The notes below the pieces were generated by a model, which did not search any database, was not told the origin of the DNA, and saw only the letters and a list, made by a program, of their open reading frames with translations. A stretch of DNA of 64,000 nt from positions 1,922,001 to 1,986,000 of the forward strand of contig CP075493.1 in NCBI GenBank assembly GCA_021613535.1, written 5' to 3'. The DNA comes from Adineta vaga. Taxonomy: Eukaryota; Animalia; Rotifera. The first letter of the stretch is position 1. Every line of letters begins with the position of its first letter. Below, in pieces: positions 48,901 through 62,400 of the stretch. The translations under genes were made by a program, and so were the position numbers.

Positions 48901-51900
48901 AGGTATGATTGATTGTCGTGGTAATTTCATACGATTAAGATCATTACAACATTTAAATAATGGTAAACGACGATGACAATTATGAAACATAGCAATATCT
49001 TTTAAAACCATATGAACAAGTTCAATCTTGCGCGTATTGATTAATCCACCAACACCAATACCTACAATTACAAAAGATTCATTCTTTTCTTCAATTGAAA
49101 AAGAAAAGTTAAATTATACGTGTTAAAAAATGTTCTTGATTTTGAACTTCAGCAACCGTCTAAATTCATAAAAATCATCAAATTAAAAAAATCATGAACT
49201 TATCAAAGATTTTACTTCAAGTGGTTTTTGTGTATTTCGATTACAGAGAACAACAATACTGGGTACACCACTTAAGATTGTTCGAAGATCTTTAAGAAAT
49301 GTACCAAAAAATGGTACAACTTTACATGTTGGTATATCCAATGCTCGACTAACAGCATCACAATACTGTGGAGTTTTATCATTAGAATTAAATGCATCGG
49401 TAAGAAATTTAAAACCAGGAATTTCATCCGTTATTGTTAACCATAATGGACGAAATGCTTCAATTCTAAAACGAACAAAGAAAACGATATTGATTGATTT
49501 CTGTTCTTTAATAAGACATACTTCAATCCAGCTAAGATTTGCATAGCACTATTGAAATTGCCCATATACCAACATGTTATTGCGCATCGAAGTATGGATG
49601 CAACAATCGCTTTTCGTTCTTGAAAATTTGTTTGTGAAACAATTAATTGTTGAATAAATGATCCAACCTGAATAGAAACAAATCGATCTTTTGAAGAACA
49701 AAAAAAACAAAATTAACTCAATGATAACATACCGCTTGAAAACGTTCGACAAGTATTCGAATACTTTTACCTTGAATTGATGTATCATTTGGTGATAAAA
49801 CTGGTATATCTAATGTTAAATGTCTCAGATATTGTAATGGTGGTACACTAAGAAATATTTCATGTTCAATTTCTGTTAAACGTATTGCAACTTCTTCGGG
49901 AAAATCGAAAAGATATTTCAATTCTTCAAGATCTGATGAGAAACAAAATGGTTGTGTATGATCTATTGGTTGAAGATACGATGGATTTAATACTAAATGA
50001 GATAAGACTGTTGAACGTGTATTTTGCATTAAACGTGTTAAATTTTGTATATGATCAGGTGAAGATTTTCTTGTTGAATGATTGTCATTTGTTTGATCTT
50101 TCGAGAAATTTTTATATAAATCTGTTATTGTTTGATAGGGATTCTTATTTGAATGGGTTGCTAATGATGTTGGTAAAAGTGTCATGCGTCGTCCGCATTG
50201 ATGTGGTTGAGATGTTCGACGCATTGATGAACTGAATGGAATATGTTTATCAAGTAATGCGAAACCTTCGACATTAACAATTTTCCATAAATAAACAGTT
50301 ATAGCACGTAAATCAGCGGTATTATTTAATTGTAAACGCCATTTTGTTTTATTATGAAATTCTAGAACAAGTTCATTGATTCCTGCACTTAAATGATGTC
50401 CACTAGTTATCCAATGGACAAGATCAGCAATACGTTGTTCTTTATAGATAATACGCGTTTTCATATTTAATAAACAGATCTTATCGGAACGAATACAAAG
50501 AAGACGATTGCCCTACGAAAGAAAAAAACAACGAAAGTTAATAGAAGAAGAAATAATTGAAATCGAATGAACAAACTTTTCGTTGTGATCGTTTGGCTTG
50601 GATTTCTTTAACAACATAGATTTCAGCACCATAACTTGGTAAATTTCGACATAAACGAACATAACATTCTTTCAATCGTGTTGGATTGTCGTAATCATTA
50701 ATATGAAATAGTTTACGTTGTTTATCTTTGATTAATTTAAGTATTTCATTACTATGACGAAAATCTGGTGGAAGAAATGGTCTCTTAGATTTATGTGTAT
50801 TAGAATCGGCATCTTTACAACAAGCTATATCAACGAAACGAAATTTTCCCAGATTACGTCGATGTCGATGACGCCATGATGGTCGAATTGTATGAGAACT
50901 ATTACGATTATTTGTACCGGCTGAAGAATTATTTAAAACAATATTTAACGTTTGTAATTCATCCTCTGAAGGGAAGAAAAAAAAAGAATTAATCAATGTG
51001 TTTAATGTAGAATTTTTACCTTCGGCAAGATCAAGATTTTCTTCAGGCCATACTTCAAGACGTAGTTGTAAAGCTGCTAGAGCAGCTGATTCTTCCTTCG
51101 AACATATTAATCTTCCTGAAACAATATCTCTTTGAATTTTAACATATTCTCGACAAATATCTTCGATAATAACATCATCCATTTCTAAATCATTTGCCAC
51201 ATCGGTATCCTAGGAATTAATAGAAATTTCACGATTATCTTTCGAAAGAAGAGGGAAACAACTAAGAATTTACTTGAAGAGCAAGAATTTCTTTAATTTG
51301 ACTTGTCCAAACACGAAATGAACTTCGTAATGATTCGAGTAAAGTAAAAAAACTTTTCAATTCTTTTTGTACAAGATAATCTAGAAGAATGAAATGATAT
51401 AGAATGCATGATTTTGTATTTTATTCGATCACTTACCTTTAAAATCTTCAGGAGATCGTAATACCCAACTTGCAATTAGAACGAGAACATCATTATCCTG
51501 TTTTGTTGCTTTATCTTTTGTTGTTGCAGCCATAATTAATGATTTAATCGAACGTTGTTTTTGTTTTGGTGATGAAAAACTAAAAATTGACTCTTGAGAT
51601 TTATTCAAATCAATTTTTGCTATTCCATTCAAGTGTTGAGTAGATAATTGTTGTTGAGTAGAAAGATAAGCAGAAAGAGAAGAAACTGTACTATCCGATG
51701 AACGTAATGATGCCGTATCACTATGATTTGGTTGTAAACAACCCATCGATGGAGTTAAAGATGATTTTGAAATATTTGTTTCTTGATTATTTGTTGGAAT
51801 AACAATACCATCATTATATGAATGACTGCGATGTAAACCATCGGAATCAATTGGTAAATGAAGTCCGTGACGAGTTAAAGGTATTGATTTTGTCGTATCA

Positions 51901-54900
51901 AGAAAGGTTTTTGGTGAATCATTTCGACGTTCAATTAAAGGTGTTTGTTCAGTATGATTGATCAGATGTGAATCTGTGTGAAGATCTTCTGTCACAAGTG
52001 GTTGTGAATGTGATAGATGTGAAGATGCTTTCAATTTTAAAAAACGTCGATTATACTTGGAAATATTTGCAAAAAGATGATTCTTATTCATTAATACTGC
52101 TGACATATTATCAATAGTTTTCGATGGATGAAAGAATTTTTCAACAGTTTTACGAACCGATGTACGAGTATTAGTTGATATTTTTTGTTGAATTGCTTGA
52201 GAAGAAGAATCATCTTGATCTGAATTGGGATCATCATTTAACGAATGATTACTGTCATCCGATGGAGTACGAACAGCTACAAATGGGATAGGATGAGCGG
52301 TAGAAAGACAACGACCATCAGTGATATTGCTTGTTCCTGATAAAGTAACTAAAAAGAAAAGAAGAAAATCTTTGGGCTATATTCTATATCGTTCAAGAGA
52401 CTAATTAGAATCTTTCCTTCCTTCACTCAGCTCAAATTCTAGTTCTTTCATGAATATTTATGTGAAGTCAGTTTGAGAATCTTTGAACTAAAAAATCAGT
52501 CGGTTTTAAATTGTTTATCTACATACGATTATCATCATGAACGTTTGATTTATTCAATCCATTTGAGAAACTATGTGCATATTCTCGATTAACAATCACA
52601 TTTATCATTGGACTTGCTGGATCAAAATGTGCTGAAAAATCATTGAGAGAAGTTGGACTTGGTAAAAGTGGATTTTGTGAATCACTTAATTGAAATGTTG
52701 GTAAATTTAATAATTCTTTTTCAAATAACTTTATTTCTCCAACACCAGCCGTATTTGTTGTTGCGGTTGTTGTTGGTATTGATCCTGATAATAAAATTGG
52801 ATCATTCTCTACAATTGCTTGTAATAATGAATTACGATCACTGGTATTATTTATTTGTGTATTTTTTTCTGTATTTCTCCAGAACCATTTTCTTGTAGTT
52901 GGTATTGCCGTATTTGTTGTTGATGATGATACCAATGGATTTGAATTATTTGTAGAGAGCGTTGTCGGTGTCGAAAAACGTGATGGATGTTCTAATGAAT
53001 TGATATTATTCGATGGAAAATCATTTGTTGGTGCTGATTGTGAACTTGCTGCCGATGCAGTTGAAATTGATGCACTTGGTGTCACTCGAAGTATTGTACG
53101 ATTTTTGTCAATCGTTGATTGTGAATATTTCGTTGTAGAATTTCCTTGTTGAAAAAGTATTTCTGATCGTGGTATTGTTGGAATGGACGTATTTAGAGCT
53201 GTATTAATAATTGGTGATGTTACTCCATTATTAATCGTTTTACTATCATTTGAGAGATTTCCTGGATTTGTTGTAACTGATTTCTTTTTAAATAGAGGTG
53301 TAAAAATACGATGTTCAAGTAAACGAAGGATAATAACCGGATGTATCACAGATGATAAATAGGAAAGATTATAGAGAAGATTATCATTCGAATTAATAGT
53401 ACCATTTGGTAATGTTGGACTTGTAGGAATTTGTGGAACATCTTGAGATTCTTTTGATGTCGACCTTTTTTGATTAATTCCATTCTAAATGATCAATGTA
53501 GGAAAAAAGACAAATGAATTATTTTCTATTTTGAAGAAAAAAAACAAAACATCCAATCAAATTGATATTTACTTTAAGTAATTCATCAAGTAATTTTTCA
53601 ATACAAATACCAGCAAATGATGCCCATAGAGTACCGACTATTGTTTCACCTACTGCCATATGATGAACGAAATTATTTTCAAATGATTGAGGTTTTTCAC
53701 AATCGAGTGGTTCAGGTTCAACATCTAAATTCATTCAAACTTAACATCTTTCCACTTCCAGTTAATTGCAAATTAAAAGTGCTGTCTGTATGTCATTATA
53801 TATATAAGATACATAAGTTCTTAAGCAGCAGCATATAGAGAAAAATTTGACTTCAAGTAGCATCTCATTAGTATGATAAAGGTAAATATGTACTTACCAA
53901 GGATATCGAATAGATTAACTTTATTACTGACTTTAGTTAATAAACCCATATAAACAAGTATTCGTGCTCCTAGATGTTTAACATAACGTGCAAATTTTGT
54001 GGTTTGATTTGTATAAAACATTTCATCGGCTGGTAAAATTAAATGTAAAACTGTATCAGGTATATCAGCTTGTGTTAAAATTTCATGTGAATCAGGATTT
54101 AATGCTACAACACCCAATGTTTGTAAAGCCAAACAAATTAAATGCTGAAAAAAAAACAAGAAACATATTTCAATGACGAAAAATTATGAAATTTCGACTT
54201 TACCGGATCATTGTTTATATTTAACATATCGATAATAATTGTAAGATTTTCTTTTGTTCGAATAAATCTTCCTTGAAATGTATGATCTTGACAAAGTATT
54301 GTTAATAATCGAGCAGCTAAAATAACAACACAATGATGTGTACAAATTGGTGAACGTGTCGATGGTACACATTTAGGTCGATTATTAAATTCTTTTCTAT
54401 GTCCATCTAAACGTGTATGCATTAAACGTAATAAATGTACTGGTTCAATTTGATAAAGAAGTGAAAATGGTTCAAATGTATATATAGAATTGGAATGATC
54501 ATTTGAAAGAGGAGATAATGAATCGGAATTAAGTAAATGAGGACTTTTTGATAGATCAGATGTTGATCCTTTTGCTGATTGTACTAATGTTGATGTCGAT
54601 GATGAATGAACGATATTTTCATGACTTGATGATGAAATCCATCGTTTTGAAGTTTGACGTGGTGTATCATTTGATATTCCAATATTATTTAATCCTATTG
54701 GAATTGTTGATTGTGGTGTTGTAAGTATTGATTTCGAATTTGATGATCCAATACCAATACTTGATGTTCGTTTTTCATCACCTTCACGAGATATTCGCCG
54801 TAAAATATTCGATAGAGTTGATGATTTTCTCGATCGATTATTCGTATTTTTTATCGTCGATTCATCGTACGTATTTGTTTGATGAATTACATTTTGATTT

Positions 54901-57900
54901 AATTGTCGACGTGATGTTGGTATATAACATGCATTATATCTACCCGGATTAATTAAATTATGATAAACATATATATCATATAAACGATTGATTGTTAACA
55001 AGGCAAGATATTGCATATTAGCTATATCACTCGATAATAATTCTAAGGAAATATCAATTAATTTTTTTGTATGATTTTGAAAATTTTCAATATGTTCACG
55101 TTTATCATGATTACGTAGAAATTCTTGATAGGATGTCTAAATGAACAGAGAAGAAAAATGTTTTAGAAAAATAATCTCAATCTAGATATCTTAACAAACT
55201 TGATAATTCATTTTCTAAGAATCTTATATCGATGAGAAATAATCGCTTCTATTTATTATGTCTTTAGTCATGCTATATCAAGCGTTTTCTCTCAATATAT
55301 ATATATATGTATAATTTGTGACCTTAAACGATCGTAATATATTGATAGAAAATAGAAACAATGATGATTTCAACATCTGTAGAATTGATTAAGAACGTAT
55401 GAAGATGACAGACAATTTTCTGTAAGATTCATTATTTAACATCAAGATGGCAAGTAGTCCTTGGAGGAGAAAGAAGAATATAAATATATATTCAATCATT
55501 TAGAAATCTAATTAACTATTTTCCATTCGAATCTCATTTTTGTTTGATTTTCTTTTTCTATTCATCATCATACACAAGAGAAATAGAAATTGAATTGAAT
55601 TCGTTGACGAATAGAGAATTTTTAAAGAAAATTTTAATCTTATCAATCAATCGAATCCCTTGATTATTTCTAAGAGAGAATTATAACGGAACTTACATTA
55701 AGTAATGTTTGAAGAAGTTCGGCAACTTTTACATGTACTTGTGACGATGTAACTTGACTGATTAATGTTAAAATTTCGTCCATGGAATTTTGCACACGTA
55801 ATAAATCCATTAATTGATCGATACATTCGATATTTGTTGCCAAACGACTTAATTCAGAAAATCGTTTATTAAGACGATCACTAAGTGTATTGGCTAGAAT
55901 AAAATTAGAGAAATTTCAATTGTTGATATCTTAATACTGATGAAAGAAACTTTGTGAACAAAAAATTCTTTCTTTTTTTTTTCTTCTTCTAATAATTAAA
56001 TTTTCAAGTGACGTGAAAAACTGACAGTCAAATGTGATTTCTATTCATTATCTATAATGAACGAAATCAAAAGAAATCAGTCAATGATGTATTCATCAAA
56101 ATGTACTAGAAACTAACGGAAGAACTATGAAAAATGTCCGGAAAAACATTTCTCTCATCGTTATTTTAGATGCATCAGAGAAATCGAGACATATCGTGTT
56201 CAAGTACAGAAAAACGAGTCTATAAATTAGAACGTCCATTTAATTATACAATATTCGTTTGCTTTTTCTATTTCATAGGCAAAATGTTGATTATTTTTGT
56301 TTTCTTTCCGATAAACTATATGACCTAGATTAAATTGACAAGATCAGAAACACATTCTCCAAACAGCCAAGAAATTTCAAAAAGACACCGATTATGAATG
56401 ATGTTACTATCAATAGAATATGTAAGGTATGATGAGAAATGTTGAATACAAAGTTAATTAAGGAAATGAGGTTCTAAAGGAAAAATAAATGGAGTTAAAT
56501 TATAGATTTTTATAATGAAGAATCTGTTGATATCCGGAATTTACAAAGAAGTATCAAATACTAGAATAAATTCAAAAAATTTTTCTTTTACTCTTGCTAA
56601 TGATAATAGTGATTTTTATCAAGGCGTTGTTAATAGTCACGTACATTTCAAATCAGACACTGACTAAAAAAATATGTATTTATTATTTAAAAGCTCAATT
56701 AACAGAAGAAGAAGAAGAAGAAAAGAAGTTCCTTTGCTTTTTAATAAATTACTTCATTCTTTCTTTTTTTGGAACATTTGGTTAATTTAATACATATTAT
56801 CAAGATTAACATATGGAAAAAGGAAAAGAATACGAATGTTATTTGAGAACTTACTTTCTGCTGATGTTTGAGCTGTTGTTGCAGCTGATTGTTGTTGTTG
56901 TCGTGATGATCTATACCATGTAAGATACTAGCAGCCAACGATGCAGTGCCCGTCTATAAAAAACGATATAAAACCTGAAAACATCTTTTCACTATGTTAA
57001 CATCATCGTTCTTTTTCTCTCTTATTCTTTATGTTGATGTAAATCTTTGAAGGTACAGTATAGGATGAATATAATGTTAGAAAATATCAAAACATGCACT
57101 TCCTCTCAAGAACGGAAATTACATTAACAACAATTGAGATGGAAAGATCAACAGACAAGATGAACGATTTGAAGAGCAATGAACTAGATTTTGTACCTAA
57201 AGTTTTAAGTATTAATTCGAATTCATCCGAGACAGATAAATAAATTATTTCTTTCTTGAAATGAGAAAATATTTTTATTCTCAGACTATTGTTTTTCTCA
57301 TATACGTACTTTCCGTTTGGCATGTGATAATCTTCCTGCATGGGAATTTTCTACATCATCACGATCTTCAGAAACTTGTCTCGATTCATTGGGAAGACCT
57401 GTTACACCTTGAATACTATTTTGTGTATTTGTTCCAAAAATTCGTCTTGATTTGCCCATTGAACTTTGAGATGAAAAACTCTTTTTAAACGATTTCGAAT
57501 CATAAGAATCACTTCCACTATAACGAAGAACACGTTTTAAATTTCGCAAACCATTTGCTGGAATAAAACTACTATTTATCGATGTATTATTATAATTAAG
57601 TAAAGATGTTGTTGTTTGATATTGTTCAAGATCTCGAGATAAAAATCGATGACGCTTCGAACTGGATGAATGTTTACGACATAATTTACGAAATTCACGT
57701 TCAACAAAATTTGTTTGTAAATTCTTCACACATGGCCATAATGATAATGGTGTATCACCATATTTATTTGATATTGTTATTGCTGCATGATGAGATATAA
57801 GTATATCACATACATTATATTGTAAACGTGCAGCAAGATGTAATGGACTACAATATAATTCATCACGTACATTGACATTGGCACCATATTTAAGTAAAAG

Positions 57901-59277
57901 TGTACATGCATAATGATTATTACGTTGAGCAGCTAGAAATAATGGTGGTAATGTATATAAACGTTCAGTTGTATAATAACTCGTATAATCAAGTGTACCA
58001 TTACGACGAGATGATGCACGTGGTAGATCAGTTAATAAACGATCAGATATTTGTGATAATGTATTTGAAGGTGATAATTGAGAATTTGATGAAATATTAA
58101 TTGCACTTGGATGTACTATGCATTCGGATCAATACCATATTTCAAACAGATACGCATTACATCTTGAGAATCTAATTTAAAATATAATTAATTATTAGAT
58201 AAATTAGATTAAAATACGGAATCTTTTTTTTTCTAATGTGCCACATCAAATTAATTGACAAGAACAGATAGAAATATGTTAAGAAAATATGAGCGAAAGA
58301 TAGTTGAATTCAATCAAATGAATCTTACCATACATAATTGCAATATGTAAAACATTTCGAAATATTGGTGGTGCATCATTCGGTGAATCACTTGTTGGAT
58401 ATCGCATTTCCTTATGAAAACTTGTTGGTGCTGTAAACATGGAATCATGTTCTGTTTCACAACGTTCATGAATTGATGAACCAATGTTTAAAGATGATGG
58501 ATTCGATGTTAAATGTGTATGTTGATGATTATTAATTAATGCAGCTGCAAGTGGACCTGTTGTATATGTTAATATACTACTTGCTGCATCAAACATAGAA
58601 GTTGTATGTTCAGGTGATGAAAGTGATGGTTGTTCATCGGTATCATTACTAAATAATGCTTGTTTACTATATACTTCAAGTAAATCAGTGTTACTAGTAA
58701 TTGATGGTGAACCAAAGGATGTCGTTGTATGTGAAGGTATTTGTGTAGGTGGTAATGGATGAATTTGAAAACCTGATTGATGATGTGACATACTTGCACG
58801 ATCTTTAATAAGATTAAATTTTGTTTGATGAATATCAATAATTCGACGAACAGTATATTTATCATTATTAATAATTGCTTTTTCTAAATTTTCTGATTCA
58901 CACTAAAACAAAAGAAGAAATCAATGATATTTATCTAGTTTTTTTTTCTTTTTCTCGATTGTTTTCATTACACTCATATCAAGAATTGAACAGATATCCG
59001 ATGTATCATGTGAACTAAATCGTACGACACTATTATTCGATGATCGTCGACTTGTATTCGATGTATCACGTACATCTAAATAACTGGATGATGAATCAGG
59101 ATCAGTTATAATACGCCAATAAGGTGATAATGAACGTGATGAATTCGATTCATGATCAGATGCAATTGATTTTGTTGAATGCAGTAATTGACCATCAACT
59201 TCATCTTCCACCGGAGTTTGTCGTTTAAGTTTTGGTGAACGTACACGACTCAATGGTACAGATAACATTTGTGACAT
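42939..59277 (-). CDS. PLCE1: Phospholipase C epsilon with an extended N-terminus (ankyrin, ARM-like, REM, FERM, CDC25, PH, EF, X, Y, C2, RA1, RA2)
   Basis: X box [25 protein letters not shown] and IYHGRT (both catalytic His present). Y box [24 protein letters not shown] and [15 protein letters not shown]2 NSLNPIW and [13 protein letters not shown]25 [10 protein letters not shown] and [11 protein letters not shown]. Two RA-like C-terminal blocks; TGA at 42939. The 5' exons are phase-compatible back to ATG 59277, apart from one frameshift at about 58117. Confidence 0.9.
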
Positions 59278-59420
59278 ATTCGTTGTTGTTTAAATACAAT
59301 TAAATATAATAGACAAACTTCTCATTGAGTACTCTTTCTGTATGACCACTGGCAGTCGTCTTGATTACCAGACATCATCTAGATATGAGAAGAAAAGAAT
59401 TCATCCAAACATGACAGTTG

Positions 59421-59438
59421 TATATATATATATATATA
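59421..59438. repeat. (TA)n microsatellite upstream of PLC-epsilon
   Basis: Run of about 9 TA units read directly. A similar run lies at 36571-36588. Confidence 0.85.
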
Positions 59439-62400
59439 TGTGGATGTAATGAGTAATAGAATGAATAAAACTATAATCTAAATGACGTTTTCCATACACA
59501 CAGACGGAGAAGAAAACTAGGATATCAACTAACAAAATTGACATTTCGAGTACTTTTTCTTTCTTTCAAAGAACTTAATTAAGTTAAATAATTTAATAGT
59601 TCGATTTTCGATGAGAATATTTTTTAATATTTATATTATTAACAAATAAAATATACGTTTTAATGAAAATCTTTCAATTAATTATTTCTTACTTGCATTT
59701 ATTCTTTTCATTATTTGAACAATTTTTTAATAACTACTTCTCTCTTTCTAGATTTATTTTTCATACCTGAAATTTATATCTTTATACATAATTTTTGTCA
59801 TATTTACTCACATAAAAACTATTCATCATAAGGATAAATTTTCCTATTATTTATCTATATTTTAAAGTTAACGAAGCGATCTTCTTACTATACTATATAG
59901 TCATAACCGACCTATGGAACAAGGTCAAACAAAACTCAATGTCAAATAATCTTCTGGCAAATTTCTTCGTCTTCTTTTCTCATTTTTATCTATCAACCAG
60001 ATGCTCTTCTCTCTCTCGTTCTCGACTCAATATATATATATATACCTTTAGGCTTATGAATATTTTCCTATTGACTAAATACACCGTTATCCTTGTTCTT
60101 TCAGATCTAGAATAATTAATATACTTTGTGTGTGCTCGAAGAAACTGTTGTTTTTAGTTAATTGATGTCTTCATATCTCACTTTTTCCTCATATATCATT
60201 AATATTTTTTCTTGAAAATATACATAAGCAAGAAGAAAACGAGAAAGCATGAAACGACTGCATCATCATGCTTGTCAGTCGATCAATACTCAAGGGAAAT
60301 GAACACACAAGAATCGAAAATGAATATTAAATAACTTAACAACTTTTTTTTTCTAATTCAAAATTTAACGTATTATATTTATTGAAAGAGCAAACTGGAA
60401 TGCTTAAGAATAACAACAGCAACAAAAAAAAATGAGAGACGTTTTTCAATCAATCATGATTTTCTTCTCGTTGATAGAATTCTAATGATATTCTTTTTTA
60501 TGATCTATCGAATCAATAATTTATTCGGAAAGAATTCTTCTCGTTTGAATTTTCTTCTATTTTTTATGAATTATTAAGACTGAATACAATGCTATTTACT
60601 ACCTGAAAATAGAATGGAGAGAGAAAAAAAAAGTAGAAATCAATATTGACTCTTATTTCCGATAGTTCTATGAAGAAAATCGTCTTTTTTCTCTTTATGA
60701 AAGAAAGTAAAAGTCTACCGTTTCGTAAAATATCGAATATTCTTACATCAATGATAATCTAGTTCAAAACAAATGAATATTACCTTGAGATAACTGTATT
60801 TGCCTTCCGGATATGGTAGGAAATGAATGTAAACGAGTATTTTCTTTTTTCTCTTTAACTAACTTGTCTCTATAGAATAAATCGAGAAATGAGCAACATT
60901 CTTTTTTTTTGTTATTGTCACTTGACGAGATGATAAAAACCATTTCTTCTAGATCTGCTAGATTATTTTACTTAATAATTGATTATCAACCCAATTATAC
61001 GTCTTCTTTTTGAATGTTAATTCACTGTAATTATCATTTTTTATAGAGACAAATAGTTAAATCTTATCTATCATGTAAGTGTTTAAAAGAACACAAAGAA
61101 GCAAATAGAAAAAGGAAACAAAAAAGACTAAAGATGCATTCAAAGAAAAGAAAAAATGTTTAGATATGGTTGGATAATGTTGGCAGTATAATACAACTTG
61201 ACGTCTAGAAGATCGTCTGTTTTTTATATATATTTTCTTTTCTATTTGCGTGTTTATGTGGGTGTTCAGTATATAAAAGATAAACAGAAAATGACACGAA
61301 GATTTTTTGAGACGTTTCCTAATGATGATCAATGACGTACGTCTTTTATCAATTTGATTTCATTTATTTAACTAAAAGAAGAAATCTTTCAAACTTACTT
61401 GTATAGATAAAGTTTAATAAAGAGCAAAGAAAAAACAAAATGATACTCAAAGACATCAAAAATATGTTAGATGAACTACCGTTCCGTTTTCTTTATGTGT
61501 TCTCTTTCTATTTACATCTCTTTCCATGCGCTACAACATCTTCACTTCCTTATGAATTAAACGATGTGAAAGATGTTGAACATACGACGACACTATTCGT
61601 TAGGTGTAGATTGAACTAAACCCATCGACGGAAAAGAACTATGTTGCTTTCAACATAACGTATTAACGATAAGAGAAAAGAAAAGTAAAGTAAACTGATG
61701 ACGTATAATATTTCTATCTCCATTTTCATCTTTTCTTCCGTAAATTCATGTCGTTTTGATATCCGATAGAAAGAAGAATAGACACAATGAACAAAATTAA
61801 ACACAATCTTGATCTCTCTTATGTGATTTTGTTTTGAACTAATAAGCAGGGTGTATTTATGACAATTTCTTATGACAATTTCTCACATATGCACTACGAA
61901 ATCATTTTTCTTTTAAATAAGAAAAAAAATGTCTTTCTTTTTTTTTTTATTATTAATAATCTTGACGCCCACTTTCCAAATAAATAAGAAGAAGAAGAAA
62001 AAAAAAGAGGAAAGTCATTCATTGACTTCATCTCTATTAGAAAATAACATTCTACTTTTTTCTATTGAAAAGAAAAGCATTTATATAATTATATTATAAA
62101 ATGAAGTTGTTTATTACTATTTTCAATTTTAATATTAAATAAAACAATAATTATACTTGTCTGAATACAATAGAATCGATGGTTAGATCAATAATGATTC
62201 GTCGAAGATAAAAAAGAGAATGACATGTATGATAATCTATTAGATTTTATTGGTTATTTCCTCTTTTGTACTTGAAGTTTATTTAGAAGGAAAGTTGTCT
62301 GTCGGACGAAGATGATATGTGTCATGAGAAAAGAAGAAAGATAGATTTCGATGTGCTTGTCAGATGACTTTTGGAAAGAATTACTTTTGATCATGTTTTG

